A DNA stretch of 63,265 nt, filler included. It is 6 parts of 6 records of this genome, joined end to end, with 100 filler letters (N's around TTAATTAATTAA, not from the genome) between each part and the next. Parts side by side here need not be neighbours in the genome. Positions count along the whole stretch, not along the records: positions 24,545 to 38,888 come from SRR31156797_10120; positions 38,989 to 47,701 come from SRR31156797_10133; 4 more parts are not named here. One strand, 5' to 3'. Below are positions 29,046-39,589 of the stretch, one piece after another (the stretch's first letter is position 1; every line of letters begins with the position of its first letter). Both the position numbers and the translations under genes were made by a program. The notes under the pieces were generated by a model that saw only the letters and a list, made by a program, of their open reading frames with translations, searched no databases and was not told the origin of the DNA.

Positions 29046-31664
29046 CTATTTAATAAAAGTCAAAGCTTTATCAATGGCATTCTGAATACCATCCGGATCT
29101 TTACCTCCGGCCGATGCAAAAAATGGTTGACCACCACCGCCACCTTTCATTTCTTTGGCAGCTTCTCGTATAATATTTCCTGCATGCAAACCTTTATCTT
29201 TCACCAGGTTGTCAGAAATCATGATGCTCAAATTAGCTTTTCCTCCTACACCGGCTCCAAGCACTAAATAAAGATTCTCAACTTCGTTTTTTAACTGAAA
29301 AGCTAAATCTTTTAAGCTACCTGCGTCATCTACTTCAACTTTTGAAGCAATCACATTGATACCGTTAATCTCCTGTTTCAACTTGAGCAATTCATCTTTT
29401 AAACCCATAGCTTTTTGCCTGGACATTTGCTCCATCTCTTTTTGCAATTTAGCATTATCGGCATGAAGTTTTTCAACCGCTTTTGCCAGATTTTTTTGGT
29501 TATTGAAAAGTTCTCCAATTGCAGCTAGTTCATGCTGTTGCTGACGCACCATTTCCATAGCTTTCTTTCCTGATATGGCTTCAATGCGACGAATACCAGC
29601 AGCTATTGAGGTTTCTACAGTAATGATCAATAATCCAATTTTACCTGTAGATGATGCATGCGTACCTCCACAAAGCTCAACTGAATCTCCAAATTGAATC
29701 ACACGGACACTATCTCCGTACTTTTCACCAAACAAAGCCATAGCACCCATATTTTGCGCCTCATCCATAGCAAGATCACGATGTTCATCTAACGGAATAT
29801 CCTGTCTAATCATCTCATTCACAATATCCTCAACGGCTTCAATCTCTTCTCGTGTCATTTTTTCAAAATGCGAAAAATCAAAGCGGAAACGATCTGCTTC
29901 AACTAAAGAACCTTTTTGCTCAACATGGTCTCCCAAAACTTTGCGTAATGCATAATGCAATAAATGTGTTGCACTGTGATTGGCTTCTGTCATGCGACGT
30001 TTACTCTCACTTACTACCAAATTCATTTCCGCATCCACATTGTCTGGCATTTCTTTAGTAAAATGGACGATCAAATTATTATCTTTTTGCGTATCGAAGA
30101 TGCTAACCTTCTTTCCATCAACCTCAATATATCCTGTATCTCCTACTTGACCTCCAGACTCGGCATAAAAGGGCGTTTCCTCGAATACCAGTTGATATAA
30201 TTCTTTTCCTTTAACTTTTGCAGCTCTGTATCTTAGGAGAGATGTTTTGCATGAAGTTTTCTCATAACCCACAAAAACATCACCTTTTCCTTCTTTTAAC
30301 TCTACCCAATCCTTTGTTTCAACTTTAGAAGCGGAACGTGAGCGATCTTTCTGCTTTTTCATTTCAGCTTCAAAACCAGCCTCATCAATTGTCAGCTTGT
30401 TCTCTTTTGCAATTAAAGCAGTTAAATCTGTTGGAAAACCATAAGTATCATACAAATCAAATACAGACTTTCCATCAATCACCGTCTCGTTTGCTTTTCG
30501 CATTGCAGACATTTTTTTATCAAGCAAAGAAATACCAGTCTCCAAAGTTCGTAAGAAAGTTTGCTCCTCTTCATGTATAACTTTGGTAATAATATCTTGC
30601 TGTGCTTTTATTTCATTGAATGCATCACCCATTTCAGTCACAAGAACAGCTACCAGCTTACTTATAAAAGGTTCACTTTGATTAAGGAATGTATAAACAT
30701 ACCTTACCGCTCGGCGTAAAATACGACGAATCACATACCCTGCTTTGTTATTCGAAGGTAATTGCCCATCAGCAATAGCAAATGCAACAGCTCTTAAATG
30801 ATCAGCCACAACGCGCATTGCAATATCTATTTTTTCATCTTTCCCGTATTCCAAATTTGATAAAGCAGCTATCTTTTGAATAATAGGTTGAAATACATCT
30901 GTGTCATAATTCGAAGTTTTACCTTGCATGGCCATACAAAGACGCTCAAAGCCCATTCCTGTATCCACATGCTGTGCAGGAAGTGGTTCCAATTTACCGT
31001 TATCTCTGCGATTAAACTGCATGAATACCAGGTTCCAGATTTCAATCACTTGTGGATGATCCATATTGATCAACTCAACAGCATCTTTTTGCTTACGCTC
31101 CTCTTCACTTCTTAAATCAATATGTATTTCTGAGCACGGACCACATGGACCAGTAGCTCCCATTTCCCAGAAATTATCTTTTTTCGAACCATTTAAAATA
31201 TGTGATTCTGGTAAATGTTTATTCCAATATTTAGCAGCTTCATCATCACGCTCAAGATTATCCTCCTTATCGCCCTCAAAAACTGTAGCGTATAATCTAT
31301 CTTTCTCCAGCTTGAAAACATCAACCAGAAGTTCCCAGGCCCAATCAATAGCCTCTTTTTTGAAATAATCTCCAAAAGACCAGTTACCCAACATTTCAAA
31401 CATTGTATGATGATATGTATCGTGACCAACCTCCTCTAAATCATTATGTTTACCTGATACACGCAAACACTTTTGTGAATTAGCTACTCTTGGATACTTT
31501 ATATCTTTCTGACCCAGAAACAATTCCTTAAATTGATTCATCCCTGCATTTACAAACATCAAAGTAGGATCATTTTTTACGACCATTGGCGCAGAATCTA
31601 CGATTTCATGCTGTTTTGAATCGAAAAAATCTTTAAATGCCTGCCTTATTTCATTAGCCTTCAT
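29046..31664 (-). CDS. alaS: Alanine--tRNA ligase
   Basis: [53 protein letters not shown]. Confidence 0.98.
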   Translation of the reverse strand: MKANEIRQAFKDFFDSKQHEIVDSAPMVVKNDPTLMFVNAGMNQFKELFLGQKDIKYPRVANSQKCLRVSGKHNDLEEVGHDTYHHTMFEMLGNWSFGDYFKKEAIDWAWELLVDVFKLEKDRLYATVFEGDKEDNLERDDEAAKYWNKHLPESHILNGSKKDNFWEMGATGPCGPCSEIHIDLRSEEERKQKDAVELINMDHPQVIEIWNLVFMQFNRRDNGKLEPLPAQHVDTGMGFERLCMAMQGKTSNYDTDVFQPIIQKIAALSNLEYGKDEKIDIAMRVVADHLRAVAFAIADGQLPSNNKAGYVIRRILRRAVRYVYTFLNQSEPFISKLVAVLVTEMGDAFNEIKAQQDIITKVIHEEEQTFLRTLETGISLLDKKMSAMRKANETVIDGKSVFDLYDTYGFPTDLTALIAKENKLTIDEAGFEAEMKKQKDRSRSASKVETKDWVELKEGKGDVFVGYEKTSCKTSLLRYRAAKVKGKELYQLVFEETPFYAESGGQVGDTGYIEVDGKKVSIFDTQKDNNLIVHFTKEMPDNVDAEMNLVVSESKRRMTEANHSATHLLHYALRKVLGDHVEQKGSLVEADRFRFDFSHFEKMTREEIEAVEDIVNEMIRQDIPLDEHRDLAMDEAQNMGAMALFGEKYGDSVRVIQFGDSVELCGGTHASSTGKIGLLIITVETSIAAGIRRIEAISGKKAMEMVRQQQHELAAIGELFNNQKNLAKAVEKLHADNAKLQKEMEQMSRQKAMGLKDELLKLKQEINGINVIASKVEVDDAGSLKDLAFQLKNEVENLYLVLGAGVGGKANLSIMISDNLVKDKGLHAGNIIREAAKEMKGGGGGQPFFASAGGKDPDGIQNAIDKALTFIK

Positions 31665-31768
31665 AATTTTTATGCTGCTTTATTGATTTAGAATTAATTA
31701 ATTATTGTAATTTTAAGCAAATTCGTATAATTTTGCCTTTTTAAGTTGAGCACAAAGTAAATAAAAAA

Positions 31769-32725
31769 ATGCCAAAATCAAGATATAGGTTTAACCCCGA
31801 AACGCTTCATTACGAAAAAATTGAATTAACAACCAAAGAACGCATTGTTAATGCGCTTCCACGTGTTTTTGCCGTAATGATTATCACCACTTTTATTATT
31901 TTCTTACTATCAGATTTTATTGACACTCCTCAAGAAAAAAGACTGAAAGATGAAAATGATCAGTTGAAATTCCACTATGAACTTCTGAATAAAAAAATGC
32001 AACAAGCAGAAGATGCGCTTAAAGACATTCAGCGAAGGGATGAAAACATTTACCGAATTATTTTTGAATCTGAGCCATACGCTTTCGACAGAAATTTAGG
32101 TATTGGAGGTATCGATAAATACAAGAATATTGACCTTGAACTTATCGCAGAAACTTCGGAAAAACTTGACGCTTTAAGTCGAAGAATGGTAGCTCAATCT
32201 GAATCATACGATCAAATTATTGATATAGCCAAGAGTAAAAAGAAATTTTTCAAATCAGTTCCAGCTATCAGTCCAATTTCTGACAGGAACTTAAAGCATT
32301 TCGCATCAGGTTTTGGTTATCGTATCCATCCCATCTACAAAACCAGGAAAATGCATACCGGAATTGACCTTTCTGCTCCTCGTGGTGCTGCAGTTTATGC
32401 AACAGGTGATGGCAAAGTTGTAAAAGCTGGTAAATCATCCGGCGGATATGGAAATATGATTATTATTGACCATGGTTTTGGTTACAAAAGTCTTTATGCT
32501 CACCTTCACAATGTTGAAGTAACAAAAGGTCAGGAAATAAAACGTGGAGAAAAAATTGGCTCGGTTGGAAATACCGGTCGAAGTATTGCTCCTCACCTAC
32601 ACTATGAAGTACGTTTTCACGACAAACCGGTTGATCCGGTAAATTATTATTTTAATGATCTTACTCCGGAAGAGTATGAACAGATGATTAATATTTCATT
32701 GAACAGTGGTCAATCATTCGATTAA
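31769..32725 (+). CDS. M23 family peptidase
   Basis: HTGID, YAHL, PHLHYEV; N-terminal TM and coiled coil. Confidence 0.92.
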   Translation: MPKSRYRFNPETLHYEKIELTTKERIVNALPRVFAVMIITTFIIFLLSDFIDTPQEKRLKDENDQLKFHYELLNKKMQQAEDALKDIQRRDENIYRIIFESEPYAFDRNLGIGGIDKYKNIDLELIAETSEKLDALSRRMVAQSESYDQIIDIAKSKKKFFKSVPAISPISDRNLKHFASGFGYRIHPIYKTRKMHTGIDLSAPRGAAVYATGDGKVVKAGKSSGGYGNMIIIDHGFGYKSLYAHLHNVEVTKGQEIKRGEKIGSVGNTGRSIAPHLHYEVRFHDKPVDPVNYYFNDLTPEEYEQMINISLNSGQSFD

Positions 32726-32743
32726 CAGTTAAAGCAAACTCAC

Positions 32744-34045
32744 ATGTATAAGTATTTTTTATTAGCGATTACATTTAGTATCGCAATATCATCTATTGCG
32801 CAGGATAAAAAAGTCATTCGAACCAAAATAGATAATAAATCAGAACCGGAAACTGCCGAAGTATTATTAACACTAACAGAGCGTTTTCAACATGTAAGCT
32901 CATACACTAAAAGTGAACGGGATCATTTCGACAATTCAGTTTACTCGCCAAAATCAGTTCAGATATTAGAGAAAAAGAACAAATTCTATGTGAATAGTTT
33001 AGAAGGCTTTAGCACTGGAGTCTACAACCTAAAAGACATGAAGCGCACAAAGGTTATTTACCATCATTTTGATGCTCAAAGTGCGCATCTTTTTAAAGAT
33101 ACATTTGCGTTTGATTACAAATTTGTAACAAAAAAGAGTCAGCATAATATTTTCAAAGGCAAACCTGTAGAGGGTTGCTTCACTCACGAAGGCAAATACC
33201 TTTGGGTTACCTATTATCGCAGAAGCTTTGACCGCAATGCCATTGATCCTTCAGCCGTAGCTATTATTGATACTGATACCGATGAAATAGTGCGAGTTAT
33301 GCCCACAGGCGTTTTGCCTAAAATGATTGCCGCATCACCTGATAATAAATATGTTGCAGTAACGCATTGGGGAGACAACACAGTAGGTCTAATTAATATT
33401 GATTCAGAAGATCCGGCTGATTTCAAATATGTAAAGCATTTGATAGTTAACAAGCGGATTTATCCTGACTATTCACCCAATAAAAAAGTTGATCGCGATC
33501 ATGGATGTGGCTATTGCTTGAGAGGAACAGTTTTTACTCCTGATAGTAAATATTTATTAGTTGCCCGAATGGGTGGAGGTGGAATTGCCGTTTTTGACGT
33601 AGAACAGAAAAAATACCTCAAAACTATATTTGGAATGCATCGCAATCTACGCCACCTTGTAATTAATAATAACTACATCTATACAGGAACAAACGTGGCC
33701 GGATATATCGATAAAGTCAAACTAAATGAGTTTATCGAATTTGTTTTGAACGGTGAAGGAGAAACATTAAATACATGGGAAAGTGTTTATGTGGGTGTTG
33801 GCGTAAGAACTGTCGTAACTTCGCCTGATGGCAAATATATCTTTGGTGCCATAAATAATATGAGTAAAGTCGTTGTTGTCCGTACAAGTGATATGAAAAA
33901 AATTACAGAGATAGATGCTGATTCATTTCCAGTTGGAATGGATATAAATGACACGGGTGACAAACTGATTGTAACATCACAGGGAAAGGCAAAATATGGA
34001 GGAGGTAATTCAGTTATGGTCTTCGATGTTGAATATTTGAAATGA
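32744..34045 (+). CDS. Secreted YncE/YVTN-type beta-propeller protein
   Basis: Signal peptide; repeated SPD.KY/TPD.KY blades, PKMIAASPD, PVGMD. Confidence 0.75.
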   Translation: MYKYFLLAITFSIAISSIAQDKKVIRTKIDNKSEPETAEVLLTLTERFQHVSSYTKSERDHFDNSVYSPKSVQILEKKNKFYVNSLEGFSTGVYNLKDMKRTKVIYHHFDAQSAHLFKDTFAFDYKFVTKKSQHNIFKGKPVEGCFTHEGKYLWVTYYRRSFDRNAIDPSAVAIIDTDTDEIVRVMPTGVLPKMIAASPDNKYVAVTHWGDNTVGLINIDSEDPADFKYVKHLIVNKRIYPDYSPNKKVDRDHGCGYCLRGTVFTPDSKYLLVARMGGGGIAVFDVEQKKYLKTIFGMHRNLRHLVINNNYIYTGTNVAGYIDKVKLNEFIEFVLNGEGETLNTWESVYVGVGVRTVVTSPDGKYIFGAINNMSKVVVVRTSDMKKITEIDADSFPVGMDINDTGDKLIVTSQGKAKYGGGNSVMVFDVEYLK

Positions 34046-34063
34046 TTTCTTTAAATTTACCAC

Positions 34064-34402
34064 ATGCCATATAAAGAACCAAAAATAGAAAAGTTGTATT
34101 ATTCCATGGGTGAAGTATCTAAAATGTTTGATATCAATGCATCAACCATTCGTTACTGGGAGAAACATTTCAAGCATTTAAAACCCAAAAAGAATAAAAA
34201 AGGAAACAGACAGTTCACCAATAAAGACATTAGTGATCTTAAGCTGATTTACCATCTTTTAAAAGAGCGTGGCTTAACCATTAAAGGGGCCCAATCAAAA
34301 ATTAAAGAGAATAAAGACGATGTTGTAGACAATACTGCTATCGTAGATAGATTGCAAAAAATTCACCAGATGCTCAGTGAAATGAAGGATGATTTAGAAT
34401 AA
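34064..34402 (+). CDS. MerR-family HTH regulator
   Basis: KLYYSMGEVS..IRYWEK..L.P.KN.KG.R.F..LLKE.G.TI.GA. Confidence 0.88.
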   Translation: MPYKEPKIEKLYYSMGEVSKMFDINASTIRYWEKHFKHLKPKKNKKGNRQFTNKDISDLKLIYHLLKERGLTIKGAQSKIKENKDDVVDNTAIVDRLQKIHQMLSEMKDDLE

Positions 34403-34457
34403 ATGACAATAAAAAGGCCATTTTATAGTTAAATATTTAAGAAAATTTACAAAACTA

Positions 34458-34488
34458 TTTGATTCGAAGAAAATAAATCCTAGATTTG
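34458..34488 (+). promoter_or_regulatory. Bacteroidota housekeeping promoter (-33 TTTG / -7 TAnnTTTG)
   Basis: TTTG 34458-34461, 19-nt spacer, TAGATTTG 34481-34488. Confidence 0.8.
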
Positions 34489-34496
34489 ACACCATA

Positions 34497-34553
34497 ATGA
34501 AGCAAAACATGTACACATATTATTGGTCGTTTTTTACATTCTGCATAGAATAG
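34497..34553 (+). CDS. Attenuator leader peptide 1 (MKQNMYTYYWSFFTFCIE)
   Basis: Manual translation: 7 aromatic codons in 10; followed by antiterminator/terminator. Confidence 0.8.
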   Translation: MKQNMYTYYWSFFTFCIE

Positions 34554-34585
34554 GCGGGCAATATGTGCATTAATATAAAAATTAT

Positions 34586-34609
34586 AACCCCGCCCTAGCG
34601 GGGTTTTTT
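34586..34609 (+). terminator. Attenuator terminator 1
   Basis: AACCCCGC-ccta-GCGGGGTT-TTTT; GGCGGG (34553-34558) can pair with CCCGCC (34589-34594). Confidence 0.85.
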
Positions 34610-34622
34610 AGTTTAAAATAAT

Positions 34623-34709
34623 ATGACAAATACAGTTAAATATTCTTTCTTTTTCTTCTTCTGGTACTTTTATTATGGAGGCACCCGGGATAACTTTGTA
34701 TTTAACTGA
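34623..34709 (+). CDS. Attenuator leader peptide 2 (MTNTVKYSFFFFFWYFYYGGTRDNFVFN)
   Basis: Manual translation: 11 aromatic codons in 12. Confidence 0.85.
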   Translation: MTNTVKYSFFFFFWYFYYGGTRDNFVFN

Positions 34710-34730
34710 ACAGATTAAATAATTAGAAAC

Positions 34731-34765
34731 AAAGGCGTCCCGGATAAAAAGAGGCGCCTTTTTTT
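34731..34765 (+). terminator. Attenuator terminator 2
   Basis: AAAGGCGTC...GGCGCCTTT-TTTT; CCGGGA (34685-34690) can pair with TCCCGG (34738-34743). Confidence 0.8.
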
Positions 34766-34776
34766 ATTGAAACAAT

Positions 34777-35631
34777 ATGGTAAAAAAAGTTGCAATACAA
34801 GGTATTAGAGGTGCATTCCATGAGGAAGCTGCAATTCAGTTTTTCAAAGAAGAAATTGACATTGTGCCGGCATTAACTTTTGATGAACTCACAGAGATGG
34901 TTACTCAGGGAAATTCCCAACATGGTATAATGGCCATCGAAAACTCCATTAGTGGCACCATTCACACTAATCTCGAGCTTATCAGGAATTCTGATTTATC
35001 AGTTATTGGTGAAACTTATCTGCGTATTCAACAAAACTTTGCCATTCATCCTGAAGCAAAGATTGAAAACATACAAAAAGTAAAATCTCACTTTATGGCA
35101 TTGAACCAGTGTCGCAAATATTTTAGACAATTCCCTGAAATCGCTTTAGTTGAATCAAAAGATACGGCTTTAAGCATGAAAGAAATTGCAGACAACGTAC
35201 TTTTAAATATTGGCGCGATAGGCAGCATGACAGCCATTAAGCACTACGGATTACAATTGGTTGATGAAGGAATTGAAACCAATAAAAACAATTACACCCG
35301 ATTTGTAATTCTTTCAAATGAAAAAGCAAATAACGCTGAAATCAATAAAGCTTCTTTATCATTAGTGCTGCCTCATAAAGCAGGAAGTTTATCAAAAGCA
35401 CTTAGTTTAATCTCATTTTATGGTTCCGATTTAACAAAAATCGAATCAACACCAATTCTTGGTAAACCATGGAGCTACCGATTTTACATCGACTTCAAAT
35501 TCGACAATAAGGAAATGTTTGAAAATGTAACTACTAGTTTAAAACCTTTAGTGGAAGAGCTAAAGATTTTAGGAGTTTACAAAGATGGAATGCAATCGTT
35601 TAATCAAATACACATGAGCTATGCAAATTAA
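34777..35631 (+). CDS. pheA: Prephenate dehydratase
   Basis: AIQG..G.FH, ENSISG, SH..AL.QC, N.TRF, ACT domain LTKIES.P. Confidence 0.92.
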   Translation: MVKKVAIQGIRGAFHEEAAIQFFKEEIDIVPALTFDELTEMVTQGNSQHGIMAIENSISGTIHTNLELIRNSDLSVIGETYLRIQQNFAIHPEAKIENIQKVKSHFMALNQCRKYFRQFPEIALVESKDTALSMKEIADNVLLNIGAIGSMTAIKHYGLQLVDEGIETNKNNYTRFVILSNEKANNAEINKASLSLVLPHKAGSLSKALSLISFYGSDLTKIESTPILGKPWSYRFYIDFKFDNKEMFENVTTSLKPLVEELKILGVYKDGMQSFNQIHMSYAN

Positions 35632-36793
35632 AGCAGCAGATCGTTTAAGAAATGTGTCAGAGTATTACTTTTCACAAAAATTAGCCGAAGTAAGAAAACT
35701 CAATGAGCAAGGACACCAAATTATCAATTTGGGAATCGGAAACCCCGATTTACCGGTAAATGAAAAGGTTGTAAACAAACTAAATACTGTTTCCCGCGAC
35801 AATAAAAGCCATTATTATCAACCTTATAAAGGAATTGCAGCATTAAGAATTGCTTTTAGCAATTGGTATAAAAAAATGTATCAGGTTAATCTCGATTCAG
35901 AAAAAGAAATTTTACCATTAGCAGGATCCAAGGAAGGAATCATGCTTATTACAATGGCATTTGTCAACCCAGGGGATACTATTCTCATTCCAAACCCGGG
36001 ATATCCGGCTTATGAATCTGTTGCCAAGCTTTTGGGAGCCAAGGTTATCAAATACAATCTTGATGCTAAAAATAATTGGCAACCCAACTTTGATGAATTG
36101 AATGCTTTGGATCTAGCTAATTGCAAATTAATGTGGGTGAATTACCCTAATATGCCAACCGGAGCAAAAGCTACAAAAGAACTATTCAAACAATTAGTAA
36201 ATTTTGGTTTGGAAAATCAGATATTGGTTTGCAATGATAACCCATACAGCCATATTTTAAATGACAATCCACTGAGCATAATGAATGAGGAAAGAGCTAA
36301 AGAAACCTGCCTGGAACTAAATTCACTCAGTAAATCGCACAATATGCAAGGTTTCCGAGTAGGCATGGTTGGTGGCCACAAGGAGCTTTTACAGGCACTA
36401 ATTCAAGTAAAAAGTAATTATGACTCAGGCATGTATCTAGCGGTGCAGGAAGCAGCCATTGAAGCGCTTTCTTTAGAAAAAGAATGGTACGATAAAAACA
36501 ATCAAATCTACCAGGAAAGAAAAGATTTGTTAAAAGAGATTTTATCAAATCTGGGGCTCTCATTTGACGCTGAATCACAAGGCATGTTTGTTTGGTGCGA
36601 AGTTCCCAAAAGCTTCAAAGATGGATTCGAATACTCAGACCATTTATTAAATAAATATAGAGTATTTGCAGCTCCGGGAGGAATATTTGGCAGCAAAGGT
36701 CATCCGTATATCAGATTTTCCTTATGCGCCGCGAAAGAAGAAATCATTGAATTTGGCAATAGAATTAAAAAACTAAAGAAAATAGCAGTATGA
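35621..36793 (+). CDS. Class I/II PLP aminotransferase (probably aromatic/prephenate)
   Basis: LGIGNPD, NYPNMPTG, DNPY, SLSKSHN..G.R.G; operon context. Confidence 0.85.
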   Translation: MQIKAADRLRNVSEYYFSQKLAEVRKLNEQGHQIINLGIGNPDLPVNEKVVNKLNTVSRDNKSHYYQPYKGIAALRIAFSNWYKKMYQVNLDSEKEILPLAGSKEGIMLITMAFVNPGDTILIPNPGYPAYESVAKLLGAKVIKYNLDAKNNWQPNFDELNALDLANCKLMWVNYPNMPTGAKATKELFKQLVNFGLENQILVCNDNPYSHILNDNPLSIMNEERAKETCLELNSLSKSHNMQGFRVGMVGGHKELLQALIQVKSNYDSGMYLAVQEAAIEALSLEKEWYDKNNQIYQERKDLLKEILSNLGLSFDAESQGMFVWCEVPKSFKDGFEYSDHLLNKYRVFAAPGGIFGSKGHPYIRFSLCAAKEEIIEFGNRIKKLKKIAV

Positions 36794-37632
36794 TCATAAA
36801 TGTGATAGGTCTGGGCTTAATTGGAGGATCAATGGCCCTTGATTTGAGAAAAAGAGGATTCGCTGATAAAATTATTGGTTCGGATATAGATGAATTACAC
36901 AAAGAAGCAGCTTTGCGATTAGGTATAGTTGACGAAGTAGATGATACATTCAATGCCATTGTAAAAGCTGACCTTGTGATATTAGCAGTGCCAGTGGACA
37001 CTACATTAAATCTAATACCAAAAGTATTGGATGCTGCTGAAAACCAGATTGTAATTGATGTATGCTCCACTAAAGGTAATTTAGGAGAAAGAATTAAATA
37101 CCATCACAATCGAAAAAACTACGTGGGAACGCACCCGATGGCTGGTACTGAATTTAGCGGCCCCTGGGCTGCTATGACTGGACTATTTGATGGACGAGCA
37201 GTCATACTGAGTGACGTAGAAGATGCTTCACAAGATGCGGTTCAGACAGTCAAAGAGCTCTATGAATGCCTGAATATGAGACCATTATTCATGAATTCAT
37301 ATAACCACGATGTCCATGCAGCTTACGTGTCGCATATATCTCACCTCAGCTCCATGGCGCTGGCATTAACAGTGCTGGAGAAAGAGAAAAACGAAAAAAA
37401 TATTCTGGATTTAGCAAGTGGAGGATTTGATTCAACTGTTCGATTAGCTAAAAGTCCGGCAAGTATGTGGACTCCTATCTTCGCCCAAAACTCTGAAAAT
37501 GTAATCTCAGTTTTAGATACTTACATTGAAAAATTGAAAGATTTTAAAAAAGCTATTCAAGAAAAAGATAAACCAAAGATTTCATCACTCATTAATGATT
37601 CAAACAAAATTAAACGTGTTTTAAAAAGATAG
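36790..37632 (+). CDS. tyrA: Prephenate dehydrogenase
   Basis: GLGLIGGS, D..STK, HPMAGTE.SG, HD...A.VSH..H, RLAKS. Confidence 0.92.
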   Translation: MIINVIGLGLIGGSMALDLRKRGFADKIIGSDIDELHKEAALRLGIVDEVDDTFNAIVKADLVILAVPVDTTLNLIPKVLDAAENQIVIDVCSTKGNLGERIKYHHNRKNYVGTHPMAGTEFSGPWAAMTGLFDGRAVILSDVEDASQDAVQTVKELYECLNMRPLFMNSYNHDVHAAYVSHISHLSSMALALTVLEKEKNEKNILDLASGGFDSTVRLAKSPASMWTPIFAQNSENVISVLDTYIEKLKDFKKAIQEKDKPKISSLINDSNKIKRVLKR

Positions 37633-37636
37633 AAAA

Positions 37637-38755
37637 ATGGAAACAAAAATAAATATTCAACCAATCTCCCAATGGGGATTATCTAATACAGAAAAACCAA
37701 TCATTATTTCCGGCCCTTGCAGTGCGGAAACTGAGGAGCAAGTTATAAAAACTGCTGCGAGACTTGCTCAGGATGGCATACAAATTTTCCGTGCAGGTAT
37801 ATGGAAACCTCGTACACGACCTGGTTCTTTCGAAGGAATTGGTCAGGAAGGGCTACCATGGTTAAATCGCGTTCAAAAAGAATTCAATATGCTTGTGGCT
37901 ATAGAGGTAGCCAATGCTGCTCATGCTAAAATGGCATTAGAGGCAGGAATTGATATACTTTGGATAGGTGCACGCACCTCTGCCAATCCATTTGCGATAC
38001 AGGAAATAGCAGATGCTATTGAAGGTACAGACATTCCGGTATTAATAAAAAACCCGGTTAATCCCGATACTGATTTATGGTTGGGTGCGATTGAGCGCAT
38101 TTACAAGGCCGGAATCACAAAAATTGGTGCTATACACAGAGGTTTTAGTAGCTACGATCATACCATCTACAGAAATGTACCACAATGGGAAATTCCAATT
38201 GAGTTAAAAAGTAAATTACCATGTATTCCATTGATTTGCGATCCCAGCCATATAGCTGGCAAACGTGAACTGTTGCAAAGTATTTCGCAAAAAGCAATGG
38301 ACCTCGATTTCGACGGACTTATGATTGAGTCACACTGCGATCCGGATAATGCATGGAGTGATGCCAAACAACAAATTACCCCTGAAAGTTTGGACATAAT
38401 GCTAGAAACTCTTGTGATAAGAAAAATGCAACCCGAAGGAGTTTCATTGAACACTTTGGAAGATTTACGTTTTCGCATAGACAAACTAGACAACGACATG
38501 CTAGACATTATTGAAAAGCGTATGCAAATTGCCGAAGAAATTGGTGAGTACAAACGTCAATCAAAAATGACTATTTTACAGCAAACCCGATGGGAAGAAA
38601 TTCTCGAAAAGAATATTGCTAAAGGCAAAAAACGCAAGCTAAGCGCTAATTTCATCCTAAAAATGTTCAAAGCCATTCACCAGGAATCAATTAACAAGCA
38701 AACAGAGGTGATGAACAGGAAAGCAGAAGTAAAAGAATCAGTGAGAGTAAGTTGA
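37637..38755 (+). CDS. DAHP synthase (type I-beta) fused to C-terminal chorismate mutase
   Basis: GPCSAE, WKPRTRP, WIGAR, DPSH, WSDA.QQ; AroQ domain LR..ID.LD. Confidence 0.92.
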   Translation: METKINIQPISQWGLSNTEKPIIISGPCSAETEEQVIKTAARLAQDGIQIFRAGIWKPRTRPGSFEGIGQEGLPWLNRVQKEFNMLVAIEVANAAHAKMALEAGIDILWIGARTSANPFAIQEIADAIEGTDIPVLIKNPVNPDTDLWLGAIERIYKAGITKIGAIHRGFSSYDHTIYRNVPQWEIPIELKSKLPCIPLICDPSHIAGKRELLQSISQKAMDLDFDGLMIESHCDPDNAWSDAKQQITPESLDIMLETLVIRKMQPEGVSLNTLEDLRFRIDKLDNDMLDIIEKRMQIAEEIGEYKRQSKMTILQQTRWEEILEKNIAKGKKRKLSANFILKMFKAIHQESINKQTEVMNRKAEVKESVRVS

Positions 38756-38888
38756 ACCGAAATACGAAGTCGTCATTGAGAGAGCCCTAAATTTAGTAAT
38801 GCTGAATAAAGCTAAACTTCTCTGCTGGTGCAAATATCACTTGTGTCACCTTTCATAGTAAAGATTTCTCGCCACGAACGCCACGATA

Positions 38889-38988
38889 NNNNNNNNNNNN
38901 NNNNNNNNNNNNNNNNNNNNNNNNNNNNNNNNTTAATTAATTAANNNNNNNNNNNNNNNNNNNNNNNNNNNNNNNNNNNNNNNNNNNN
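38889..38988. other. Artificial contig spacer
   Basis: N44-TTAATTAATTAA-N44. Confidence 0.99.
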
Positions 38989-39012
38989 GTGGTTCAAATC
39001 CACTCAGCCCGA
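38989..39012 (+). tRNA. 3' fragment of a tRNA, probably tRNA-Pro (or its att duplicate)
   Basis: T-arm GTGG-TTCAAAT-CCACT, acceptor 3' strand CAGCCCG, discriminator A (G72/A73 is Pro identity); no CCA; anticodon lies off-contig. Confidence 0.75.
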
Positions 39013-39222
39013 CTCTTAATAACTTCCTACAAATATCTTCGAATCTGATGACGTGTCAACAAATATGTAAACAGTTTTAGAGATACGACATGGGATTCAG
39101 AACAGATTTCAGGCTATTTAAGCACACCCTCCCCTCTGGTCCATACTAACCCGGATAGACAATTCCTCGCCTTCAAGGTTTCTTATTTATAACCAGAATT
39201 AAAAATGTGACACCACTTTTAA

Positions 39223-39251
39223 TTGCCTTTCATGCCGTACATGCCTATAAT
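39223..39251 (+). promoter_or_regulatory. Sigma70 promoter in front of the integrase remnant
   Basis: TTGCCT-17 nt-TATAAT; ATG at 39259 lies at about +1 (leaderless). Confidence 0.65.
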
Positions 39252-39258
39252 TGTGCAT

Positions 39259-39575
39259 ATGCGCCAACCTTTCCTGCTTAACAAACGAGTCCTGTAACCT
39301 CAAAAAAATCTTACTATACCAAAATATGTAAAGGAGAATTCTTCGGGAAGATAGTAATAGAGAGGGAAATGGTAGACGAGAAGAAGAGAAAGCCCTGAGG
39401 ACTTACCCTCCACGCCTGGAGACACTTCTATAATTCAATGCTCCGAGGGAATGTTCCTGATAATATTTTGAGATCTCTTACTGGCCATAGAGATGAAAAA
39501 AATGACTAATGATTCTTCTTAGATCGCAGAAGAACGGATATCTTTAGTTTCTAAATTATCGAGAAAATTATATAA
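39259..39575 (+). pseudogene. Internally deleted tyrosine integrase
   Basis: N-terminal MRQPFLLNKRVL* joined to VDEKKRKP*GLTLHAWRHFYNSMLRGNVPDNILRSLTGHRDEK-(+1)-MTNDS: HxxR and GH boxes, stops, frameshift, catalytic Tyr position reads Ser. Confidence 0.8.
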
Positions 39576-39589
39576 GGAATTGAGCAATT

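Noticed and set aside
37637-38755. DAHP synthase-chorismate mutase fusion
   Set aside because: Standard in Bacteroidota.
38756-38888. Sequence after the DAHP synthase gene as a possible repeat or ncRNA
   Set aside because: No convincing stem or motif, and truncated by the contig end.
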